A stretch of DNA of 64,000 nucleotides, taken from positions 19,478,286-19,542,285 of the forward strand of contig NC_068989.1 in assembly GCF_001194135.2 (NCBI RefSeq), read 5' to 3'. Positions 1 to 10,180 of the stretch are shown here, in pieces. Origin of the DNA: Octopus bimaculoides (lineage: Eukaryota). The notes beneath the pieces are model-generated. The model was not told where the DNA came from. It did no database searches and saw nothing but the letters and a program-made list of their open reading frames with translations. How positions within the stretch are numbered: position 1 is the first letter of the stretch; each line of letters starts with the position of its first letter. The position numbers and the translations under genes were made by a program.

Positions 1-906
1 AGAGCATAACTGCAAGAATAAGAATAGGCTGGGCAAAGTTCAGAGAGCTCTTACCTCAGAGTGAAAAGCAGACTATGATACCTGTGTGCAAACAGCTGTG
101 CTACATGGCAGTGAAACATGGGCTGTGGCCACCAAGGACATGCATAAGCTTAAAAGCTGGAAAGAAATGAAGCTAGCATGCTTTGCTGGATGTGCAATGT
201 CAGTGTGCATGTACAACAGAGAGTAAGCATCTTGAGAGAAAAATTGGGCATAAGAGGCATCAGATGTGGTGTGTAAGAAAGACAACTGCATCAGTATGGT
301 CATGTGATGCATATGGATGAGGACAGTTGTGTAAAGAAGTGCCTATTTCTAACTGTGGAGGGAACCTATGGAAGAGGTAGACCCAGGAAGACACGGGGCA
401 GGATGGTGAAGTATGACCTTCAAACGTTGGGCCTCATGGAAGCAATGACTAGTGACCGAGACCTTTGGCAATTTGCCATGCTTGAGAACACCTGTCAAGC
501 TAAGTAAAATCGTAGTTGTGGTCCAATGCCAGTGTCGCATACCTGGCATCTGTGCTCGTGGCACGTAAAAAGTACCTTCTGAGCTTTGGGCCTAATAGAA
601 GAAACAGCAAATAATCAAGACCTTAGGCAATATGCCCTACTTGAGAAGAAAACCTATCAAGCCAAGTGAAACCATGGTTGTGACTGATATTGATGTCATG
701 CAATCAGCACCTATGCCAGTGGCACATAAAAGCACCCATTACAGTCTTGGAGTGGTTGGCGTCAGAAAGGGCATACAGCTTTAGAAACCATGCCAAATCA
801 GACTGGAATCTGGTGCAGCTCCTCAGATTACCAGTCCTGGTCAAACTGTCCAATCTATGCTAGCATGGGATAACAGACGTTAAATGATGATGATGATGAT
901 GATGAT
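1..906 (+). mobile_element. RTE-clade LINE, 3' end (decayed ORF2 C-terminus, 3' UTR, (GAT)n tail)
   Basis: Translates to SITARIRIGWAKFRELLP...YGHVMHMDEDSCVKKC...GRGRPRKT, with stops and deletions. It ends in the shared terminal unit ...GACGTTAAATGATGATGATG. Confidence 0.9.
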
Positions 907-1563
907 GTTTATGTATGTAAATGTGTACACACACACACACACACATGTATGTGTGTATATATATATATAAGGATAATGAGAGGGAAAAAAATATTAATTG
1001 GTTGAAATGGTCCTTTATTTTCATCATTACAATCTAAAATATAATTTCTTCAAGTTATAGTACATTGATTATTCACAGTACTGATATCCATCCTGTAGGT
1101 AGTCTAATTTATATTTTGTTGATTGCTAGAAGACTGGTGGAAAAAGGAGAGACAGAAATAGTAAGAAAGATCTACCTCTCTGGGCTGACAAGTAGATAGG
1201 GTGAAAGTTGTATTGTTGTGACAAACCATAAGTGAAAAATAGATGCTCTTTTGTTAGGTGCCAAGTGACTAAAGAAATAGAACTGATTCTGGGTTCTGTA
1301 TTTATATTTTTTTCTAACTAAATTAGGTCAGGCTAGACAAAGGATTTTCTGTCTCTTATCTACCTGGACCCTATTTAATCTAAGAATGTTAACTTAAACA
1401 ATAGAACTGAACTAAATGTGAAAGTTGACTCTCATGAATTTCTAGGTGCAAAATCCGAGAACAACAGGAAACAAACTGGTAAAAAAAATGTTGAATTGGT
1501 TTCATATCTTGGCTTAGAATCTAGGAAGCTATTTGTTACAGACACATGCACATACACACACAG

Positions 1564-1594
<31 letters not shown>

Positions 1595-1611
1595 AATACA
1601 CAGACTCTATG

Positions 1612-1772
1612 GTGTGGTTGGTGTTAGGAAGAGCATCCAGCTGTAAAAACCATGCCAAAAGAGACACAGAAGTATTATGTAGTCTTCTACCTGACCAGTT
1701 CGTGTCGAACTGGTCAGCTCATGCTAGCACGGAAGGAGGATGTTAAATGATGATGACAATGAGGATGATGAC
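1612..1772 (+). mobile_element. RTE terminal unit (5'-truncated) with (GAT)n tail
   Basis: TTAGGAAGAGCATCCAGCTGTAAAAACC...GGATGTTAAATGATGATG matches the other RTE 3' ends in the window. Confidence 0.8.
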
Positions 1773-1782
1773 ATGTACTTAT

Positions 1783-1819
<37 letters not shown>

Positions 1820-1912
1820 CACACACATATGTATGCATATAAATATATATGTAAATATATATATATATACATAAACAGCTGGCATTTACCCTCACTACCA
1901 CCACTATATACA

Positions 1913-1965
<53 letters not shown>

Positions 1966-2045
1966 ATATTACATATATACATACATACAAACTCACATAC
2001 ATATAATCACTTCATCCCCATACCTTTATGCGTGTGTATATATAT

Positions 2046-3066
2046 ATATATAAATAATACAAAATGGGGCAAGAATGCAGTTAGGTGATACAAGAAAGGG
2101 ACAACAAAACATCCAAATAGACAATACAAAGAAAACAAGGACAGGTCATTCGGAGTTTTCTTTCCTCAGTCGAGATCCAGATTATCTTTGCAATTTTGGC
2201 TGGTTATTCTCAATATTGCTCCAATCTGGCCAGCCCCAAGGAAAAACTAAGCTAAAAGCATTAGGTTCCTTGGAAGAAAGCAGCGAATGTATACAAAAAC
2301 AAGGACGAAAAAAAAAACGAACAGNNNNNNNNNNNNNNNNNNNNNNNNNNNNNNNNNNNNNNNNNNNNNNNNNNNNNNNNNNNNNNNNNNNNNNNNNNNN
2401 NNNNNNNNNNNNNNNNNNNNNNNNNNNNNNNNNNNNNNNNNNNNNNNNNNNNNNNNNNNNNNNNNNNNNNNNNNNNNNNNNNNNNNNNNNNNNNNNNNNN
2501 NNNNNNNNNNNNNNNNNNNNNNNNNNNNNNNNNNNNNNNNNNNNNNNNNNNNNNNNNNNNNNNNNNNNNNNNNNNNNNNNNNNNNNNNNNNNNNNNNNNN
2601 NNNNNNNNNNNNNNNNNNNNNNNNNNNNNNNNNNNNNNNNNNNNNNNNNNNNNNNNNNNNNNNNNNNNNNNNNNNNNNNNNNNNNNNNNNNNNNNNNNNN
2701 NNNNNNNNNNNNNNNNNNNNNNNNNNNNNNNNNNNNNNNNNNNNNNNNNNNNNNNNNNNNNNNNNNNNNNNNNNNNNNNNNNNNNNNNNNNNNNNNNNNN
2801 NNNNNNNNNNNNNNNNNNNNNNNNNNNNNNNNNNNNNNAATAGACAATACAAAGAAAACAAGGACAGGTCATTCGGAGTTTTCTTTCCTCAGTCGAGATC
2901 CAGATTATCTTTGCAATTTTGGCTGGTTATTCTCAATATTGCTCCAATCTGGCCAGCCCCAAGGAAAAACTAAGCTAAAAGCATTAGGTTCCTTGGAAGA
3001 AAGCAGCGAATGTATACAAAAACAAGGACGAAAAAAAAAACGAACAGTGTTACACAAATACAATAA
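2046..3066. repeat. Unclassified repeat present on both sides of an N gap
   Basis: About 2117-2324 is identical to about 2839-3046, with a 514-N gap between them. Confidence 0.7.
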
Positions 3067-3073
3067 AAATAAT

Positions 3074-3245
3074 AACATCATCATCATCATCATCATCGTT
3101 TAACGTCCGCTTTCCATGCTAGCATGGGTTGGACGATTTGACTGAGGACTGGTGAAACCGGATGGCAACACCAGGCTCCAGTCTGATTTGGCAGAGTTTC
3201 TACAGCTGGATGCCCTTCCTAACGCCAACCACTCAGAGAGTGTAG
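3074..3245 (-). mobile_element. RTE terminal unit with (CAT)n tail
   Basis: CATCATCATCGTTTAACGTCCGCTTTCCATGCTAGCATGGGTTGGACG...; nearly identical to the copy at 63755. Confidence 0.85.
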
Positions 3246-3424
3246 GACATAACATATATATATATATATATATATTTAATTAAAGGATATGTTAACCTTG
3301 TGAAGGGATAGTTGCACCCAAGGAAATACTGGTTCAATACCTAATATGTTTGGGGAATGAAAATCCCTTAAAAACAATAGGTATATATTAAGCATATAGT
3401 TTATATATCCATTTAAAAGAAGAA

Positions 3425-3426
<2 letters not shown>

Positions 3427-3498
<72 letters not shown>

Positions 3499-3500
3499 TA
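3427..3500. repeat. (TAA)n microsatellite
   Basis: Seen directly. Confidence 0.95.
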
Positions 3501-3505
3501 ATCAT

Positions 3506-3670
3506 AAAGCACTGCTTGGAACCGCTCTAATACTCCGGAAGGTGCTCGAAAAATAAGAGGTGTTACCTTAGTTCACTGGTAGTGAACAGCTGACACCGTA
3601 GTACATCTCCAGCGTTAGAAGCTGTGTAAAGGCAATAAATTAAAATAATAATAATAATAATAATAATAAT
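3506..3670 (+). mobile_element. R4/Dong-like non-LTR retrotransposon, extreme 3' end with (TAA)n tail
   Basis: Encodes KALLGTALILRKVLEK*, resembling the C-terminal LLGTAxILRKVL motif of R4-clade elements, followed by a short 3' UTR and TAA repeats. Confidence 0.65.
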
Positions 3671-3850
3671 AGGAAGTCAAGAAAGCTCCTAACGATGCAT
3701 GGATCCCATCATCCATGTGCAGACACTGAACGCCTATACATGAAGAGAGCAAATGGAGGAAGGGGACTGATAAGTGTCGAAGACTGCGTGCGTATTGAAC
3801 TCGAGAGTTTACTGAGATATCTGGCCCAATGTAAGGAAACCTTGTTATAT
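3671..3850 (+). mobile_element. R4/Dong-like RT thumb fragment
   Basis: Encodes RKSRKLLTMHGSHHPCADTERLYMKRANGGRGLISVEDCV, matching the RLYxxRxxGGRGL motif of RLE-type non-LTR elements. Confidence 0.7.
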
Positions 3851-3865
3851 AAGGAAATTAATAAT

Positions 3866-4220
3866 TGTTTATTATTAACAAATTAGCCATCTTCACTTCT
3901 TACAGCCATTTCAATAAATACTCAATAATTTAATTACAAATTTGTGCATTAAATTTATATTTACATGACAGGAGTTTAATTTCATCAAAGAAAAAACGAA
4001 GCTGTACCTTTGGATGTTAAACGTGGGCCTATCAGAGTCTACTGAAATGAATTGATAGGCCCACATATAACATCCACAGGTACATCATTTTCTTTCTCTG
4101 ATGAAATTATACTCATGTTACATAAATGTAAATTTAATGTACAAATATGTAATTGAATTTTTGAGTATTAATTGAAACGGCTGTAAGAAGCGAAGACGAC
4201 CAATTTGCTAATAATAAACA
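3866..4220. mobile_element. 355-bp foldback (palindromic) element, probably Penelope-derived
   Basis: Arms 3866-4034 and 4053-4220 are reverse complements (e.g. CTTCACTTCTTACAGCCATTTCAAT versus ATTGAAACGGCTGTAAGAAGCGAAG; GTGGGCCTATCA versus TGATAGGCCCAC) around an 18-nt spacer. Confidence 0.85.
4093..4190 (+). ncRNA. Type I hammerhead ribozyme motif with intact core
   Basis: CUGAUGA at 4098-4104; 11-bp stem II (4105-4115 with 4162-4173); GAAA at 4174-4177; self-complementary stem III ACGGCUGU; GUA cleavage triplet at 4183-4185; stem I 4093-4097 with 4186-4190. Confidence 0.65.
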
Positions 4221-4393
4221 TAGGCGCAGGAGTGGCTGTGTGGTAAGTAGCTTGCTTACCAACCACACGGTTCTGGGTTCAGTCCCACTGCGTGGCACTT
4301 TGGGCAAGTTTCTTCTACTATAGCCTCAGACCGACCAAAGCCTTGTGAGTGGATTTGGTAGACGGAAACTGAAAGAAGCTCGTCGTATATATG

Positions 4394-4432
<39 letters not shown>

Positions 4433-4578
4433 GAGTGTGTGTTTGTCCGCCCAGCATCGCTTGACAGCCGATGCTGGTGTATTTATGTCCCCGTAACTTA
4501 GCGGTTCAACAAAAAGAGACCGATAGAATAAGTACTAGGCTTACAAAGAATAAGTCCTGGGGTCGATTTGCTCTACTA
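4221..4578 (+). mobile_element. tRNA-derived SINE family A (3' end runs into a gap)
   Basis: A-box-like TGGCTGTGTGG, B-box-like GGTTCAGTCCC, conserved TTGGGCAAG core, internal (TA)/(TG) tract and the shared tail. Confidence 0.9.
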
Positions 4579-4984
4579 NNNNNNNNNNNNNNNNNNNNNN
4601 NNNNNNNNNNNNNNNNNNNNNNNNNNNNNNNNNNNNNNNNNNNNNNNNNNNNNNNNNNNNNNNNNNNNNNNNNNNNNNNNNNNNNNNNNNNNNNNNNNNN
4701 NNNNNNNNNNNNNNNNNNNNNNNNNNNNNNNNNNNNNNNNNNNNNNNNNNNNNNNNNNNNNNNNNNNNNNNNNNNNNNNNNNNNNNNNNNNNNNNNNNNN
4801 NNNNNNNNNNNNNNNNNNNNNNNNNNNNNNNNNNNNNNNNNNNNNNNNNNNNNNNNNNNNNNNNNNNNNNNNNNNNNNNNNNNNNNNNNNNNNNNNNNNN
4901 NNNNNNNNNNNNNNNNNNNNNNNNNNNNNNNNNNNNNNNNNNNNNNNNNNNNNNNNNNNNNNNNNNNNNNNNNNNNNNNNNNNN

Positions 4985-5160
4985 TTATGCGTCAAGTGCT
5001 TTACCATTAAGCTAAACTGCCTGAATGACAAATTCTTCTACAAATTTAGGATATATAAATCTAGCTTTATGAGACGCTATCGTATGTTATATATCCTAAA
5101 TTTGCAGAAGAATTTGTTATTCGGGCAGTTTAGCTTAATGGTAAAGCACTTGACATGTAA
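4985..5160. repeat. Palindrome with 74-bp arms
   Basis: 4985-5058 and 5087-5160 are reverse complements with 6 mismatches; the left arm abuts a gap. Confidence 0.9.
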
Positions 5161-5195
5161 TCACAGGGATGTGAGTTTGTGTCTCATAGCTGGCT
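5124..5195 (+). pseudogene. tRNA-Thr-like pseudogene or tRNA-derived repeat
   Basis: Cloverleaf by eye: acceptor GGCAGTT/AGCTGGC (6 of 7 pairs), D arm GCTT/AAGC with TGG in the loop, anticodon loop CATGTAA, T arm GTGAG/CTCAT. The T loop has decayed (TTTGTGT) and the anticodon stem is weak. Confidence 0.55.
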
Positions 5196-5343
5196 GCTGA
5201 GAGAATTTTCCTGCAAAATATGGATAGTTTATGCTGTTAATGCTATATTATTAATATTATCCTGTGTTTGAGAATAGAATTATTTCCTTATCTATATCTT
5301 TCAATATATATGTATGTATTCATATATATGTAATATATGTGTG

Positions 5344-5385
<42 letters not shown>

Positions 5386-7634
5386 AACACACACACAGTG
5401 AGAGACAGAGATGCATACATACAAACATGATGGCTGCAAACTTGTGTTTGAGTATTGCCATCACCTGATCAAAAGTCCCACACATGCAAAGGCTACAACT
5501 AGCCATTTTTATGATAGGTGTTACCTTTTGTCAAGTGATGTCTGTGCATGATGATTTTTTTTACTGTGGGGAAGGGATTTGCACACATCTGCTTGCACTC
5601 TCTGAACATGGACAACATAAACTCAAAAAAAAGAACTAGTCTACATCATGAAATATTTTCAGTGTCACTGGTTTCTCAGAGTTTTCCTCATCAAGAGAGA
5701 TGTTGTGACAATAGAGGGGCCTCTCACTACCAGTGGGCCAACCACATGCCTGGACATCACCCCAGGTATTTCCACATCCCGGCGTCTACATACATGCATA
5801 CTTACACATGTACACATATTGTTGGATGGCCATTGACTGCTCCTGAGCTCTTCCGCCCTTTGACATACATACATACATACATACATACATACATACATTC
5901 ATACATACATAATGTGCGTGTGTTTGTAACTATATTAATGTTTACTTATGTTTATTATTACGTTTATGCCTTGTGATAGATGTTCTGATTCAAATTTTAC
6001 GATGGTCTGTCTTCCTGACGCCGAAAAAATAAGTAAATAAAGACTTGTCAGTTGCTGACATACAGCTCTCTCTCACTCTTTTCATCTGTGACTCCTTGGA
6101 AGTTAATTGTGAGAGTGAGTGAGTGTGTATATGGTAATGTTTCTGTGTTTACTTTCTCCTACTTAGGTACCTAGAAAACATGAAGGAAAGGCATAGTGCC
6201 TGCTGACGTGTGTAAATACATCTATGTATATATACACGTATCAACCACCTCCAACGATACCAAGTCATACTCGATTTTCGTTTGTTACTGACGGCTGTAT
6301 ACATCGAAATGACGGCATACAAATTAATCGCCCTTTAAAAATTGTTCAGTTGAAAACTGTCAGTATTGCACTAGTTTGCAATTCGACGGCAACATTTCTG
6401 AAATGAATGTTAACTAAATTTTTGTTTAATATTAAAATGATTTTCTTTTATTTGAAAATGCATAAGGTTTCTTTTTTTTTAATTTTTTTATTTTTAAAGT
6501 GTTTGTTTTGTTTATTCCTTGAGTATATTACCTTGTGACCAACTATCTATTAGTTATCTAGCACACNNNNNNNNNNNNNNNNNNNNNNNNNNNNNNNNNN
6601 NNNNNNNNNNNNNNNNNNNNNNNNNNNNNNNNNNNNNNNNNNNNNNNNNNNNNNNNNNNNNNNNNNNNNNNNNNNNNNNNNNNNNNNNNNNNNNNNNNNN
6701 NNNNNNNNNNNNNNNNNNNNNNNNNNNNNNNNNNNNNNNNNNNNNNNNNNNNNNNNNNNNNNNNNNNNNNNNNNNNNNNNNNNNNNNNNNNNNNNNNNNN
6801 NNNNNNNNNNNNNNNNNNNNNNNNNNNNNNNNNTGGGGCATCACCGTCAAATGTTTAGTCGAATAAATTGATTCCAGTACTTTTAATTTTTAAATTCTGG
6901 TGTATTGACTGTCGGTGTCTTTTGCCGAACCGCTAATTACAGGGACATTAACAAACCAGCACCAATTGTCAAGTGATGGTGGGGCTAAGCACAAAGACAT
7001 GCATACGCACGCACACGAGAGGTACGGTCTGGATAAGGAAGATACGCAGAACCTACTAAGGATAAAAATTATAATTATTTAATATAAAACGTTATTTCCA
7101 TATTTTTATAATAAACATGTTTAAATTTTAATGTATATAATACACTGACGAGCTAATATTTTGATGTTGAACTGGTATAATCATCTTAAGATGCGTACTA
7201 TTTACGAGTCAATGGCAAACAACATTACCGCGAGTTGAACTTCAAAACACATTTAATATCATGTCGTAGAGGCAGAAATAATTTGCCTTTCATTTAGACT
7301 TATTACAGTAAGGAGTGTGTATGTGTGTTACATCGTTGCATAGGTTCATTGGACTAATGTCTGAGTCACTATACAAATAATAACGAACACATATCTGTGA
7401 GCGTTTGACATGCATGTATTTTCGAAATGATATTAGCGGAATATGTGAATCAAACGTTGTTTACAACACCCTGTTCTGTTTTTCATTGTGAGCCTACCGC
7501 TTAATGCTTATAGCACACAACCTGCTCGTCACATATGGGCAGTTCGTCGCCATTAATGAACTATTTATGCGCTTTATGAGGCTATGTTAAAGTATTTTAA
7601 CTGTAAAAAACATATTTTATTTATGTGTGTGTGT

Positions 7635-7718
<84 letters not shown>

Positions 7719-7772
7719 ATGTGTGTGTGTATATATATACACACATATAAATATCTCTGTGTGTGTATACAT

Positions 7773-8077
7773 ATTTCGTTTCAGTCATTAGACAGCGGCC
7801 ATGCTGGAACACAGATTTGAAGAAATTTTAGTCGGGTGAATGGACCTCAGTACTTATTCTATCGGCTTCTTGTGTTGAGCTGCGGTTGAAGGGGGAACAA
7901 AGACACGCGCACACACACACACATATACGACGGGTTTCTTTCAGTTTTCGTCTACCAAACCACTTAAGACTGGTCATCCCGGAACTATACTAGAAGACAC
8001 CTGCCCAAGGTGTCATGCAGTGGGACTGAACCTCGGAATCATGTGATTGGGAAGCAAACTTCTTCCCGCACAGCCAT
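7773..8077 (-). mobile_element. SINE family A, diverged
   Basis: Reverse complement of the head, core and tail, with internal deletions. Confidence 0.8.
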
Positions 8078-8339
8078 AGTTTTATTGGGCTGGTGGGGAT
8101 GAATAGAAGTCAATGTACAACTGTTTATAATTTTTAAATCAACAGTAATTTATAAAAATGTCTTAAGCGCTCGGAGTTTCATGTGCGGCACTCATCAAAC
8201 ACGCACGCACATGCAAATACGTACGCGCGCACGTGTACACACACACACACACACACACTGTAATTACAAGTGTATAAGTCGCATCCCTGTATTTCGATAA
8301 GTTACATTAAAAAAGCGTGAGTTATCTTGGAGTAAATAG

Positions 8340-8428
8340 TGTGTATGTATATATATAACATATATATATATGTATGTATATAAATATATGTGTATATATA
8401 AGTATGTATATATATATATATATGTATG

Positions 8429-8469
<41 letters not shown>

Positions 8470-8495
8470 ATATATACCGAGAGATTTATATACAC

Positions 8496-8534
<39 letters not shown>

Positions 8535-8660
8535 TATACATACACACATATATATATATACACATACATATATATATATACACATACATATATACATACA
8601 TATATATATATATACACATATATATATATATATATATAGATATACATACATATATATATG
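8340..8660. repeat. Compound (TA)/(TACA) microsatellite
   Basis: Seen directly. Confidence 0.95.
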
Positions 8661-9382
8661 CATAAATGTGTGTGCGTATATGAGACAACATGCAAGTATA
8701 TTGAAAATCAAATTCGCGTCTTCGTTTATAGAATAAAGTTTATATTTGTTTACATGTGCACATTTTTACAACCCACCCAACTTCATTTGTATCATCTGTT
8801 GCATGACATACTGTCTCAGTGACGAATCGTACTGTTAAAAAATTTATAAATGCCTATACAGAGAATATTTACACGCCACACAATGCAAATACTCAATGTT
8901 AAATTGTGAGTACCATAACGCAAGTATCAAACTCACGATAAGGGAAGAACTGTGTCTTTAAGCCACATTTGGTTCACCAACTCGGTTAATGACTTTCGAA
9001 AATACCTGCATGCCAAACATCCTAATCTATCTCTGAGATAAATCGGCCTAGTCTCATGAATATCACCAGTCAGTAAATTATATATTGTAATTGTTCGTAA
9101 GAAAATCATTTATCAAGATATGTTTAGTTCTGCTCTTAATTTCTTTTTAGATTAAAACTTCTAGAGACTGACAGGAAGGTAGGAGAGACAGCAAGAGTGT
9201 GTAAATGTGACGACAGAATTATCGCCATTTCGATCAACTTAGATCTCATTAGATTTTAGTGCACTTGGACCTGTGTTGTCTAATCAACTTGTATACGTCT
9301 GTGCTAATACTACATTTACACAAGATGCCATGTAATCTATTGAATATGTATACAATTTAGATGATTCACACGCTTACTGAAA

Positions 9383-9512
9383 ACGGTGAGCTGACAGAAT
9401 CGTTACTGCGTAGGACCAAATGTTTAACGGCATTTCTACCGGGTTTTTACGTTCTTAGTTCAAATTCCGCCGAGGTCGACTTTGTTTTTTCATCCTTCCG
9501 GGGTCGATAAAT
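9383..9512 (+). mobile_element. tRNA-derived SINE family B, partial
   Basis: GGTGAGCTGACAGAATCG head, AGTTCAAATTCC B-box and GGTCGACTTTG...CATCCTTCCGGGGTCGATAAA central domain. Confidence 0.8.
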
Positions 9513-9521
9513 TTATTATTA

Positions 9522-9569
<48 letters not shown>

Positions 9570-9759
9570 GTCTATATCAAATATTTACAAAATTTCTCAA
9601 GTCTCCCAATCGGAAGGGAGTAAGGAACCTAGAATTTGCTTGCAAGACTATAAAAGTTTAAAACAAGGAAAGCAATGTTAAAACAGTTCGGAGTAAAATT
9701 CTGACAAATCGCGTCGAGAATGCTTAATGCTGTAAACCGTATGGATAAAACGAACCAAC

Positions 9760-10180
9760 GAGGAAGGGGGCCCTCTACGTGGTTGCTTGATGTGCTAGAA
9801 ATAGGAGCTAATATTCCTCAAATCACATCTACAGGCTTAAAAAGAGACATGTTGGATGACAGGTTCCTGAATTCCAGGTACAAAGAAAAAGACAGGATGG
9901 CCATAGATGGAATACTTTTGAACAGAGATTTGCGCGATCGGGGTTGATCAAGTGTTAAAAAGAATAACTAGGACTTAAGAATGTAAAGCACATAAAGAGA
10001 ATACAACAGTCTCTATGCTGCATCTCGTCTTGCTAGAAACAGCAACTAATTCTCCCAAACGTCATTAACAGAGGACACATAGGACAAAGTCTAAATATAC
10101 AAAAAGACGAGATTTAACAGGTGGAAAGATTTTCATTATTGTTCTGCTCGATCAAGTTGACCTAGGGCTAAACAAGTATA
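9760..10180 (+). repeat. Two decayed copies of a dispersed repeat (…CTCTACGTGGTTGCT…GCTAGAAA…CTGCTCGATCAAGTTGACCTAGGGCTAAAC)
   Basis: Related sequence appears in reverse orientation near 10400-10520 and 54655-54845; family not assigned. Confidence 0.5.

Noticed and set aside
2140-2180. CTGAGGA...CGAA on the - strand as a hammerhead
   Set aside because: It reads GAAT rather than GAAA, stem II does not pair convincingly, and there is no downstream strand to close stem I.
2075-3103. Long ORFs spanning N runs (also at 4471-5200, 6519-6866, 48480-49111 and 50773-51416)
   Set aside because: These are artefacts of translating assembly gaps.
7584-8736. YI/CV/HT-repeat ORFs here and at 1779-2053, 13955-14310, 17576-17856, 22234-22606 and 59080-59683
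   Set aside because: These are translations of microsatellites.
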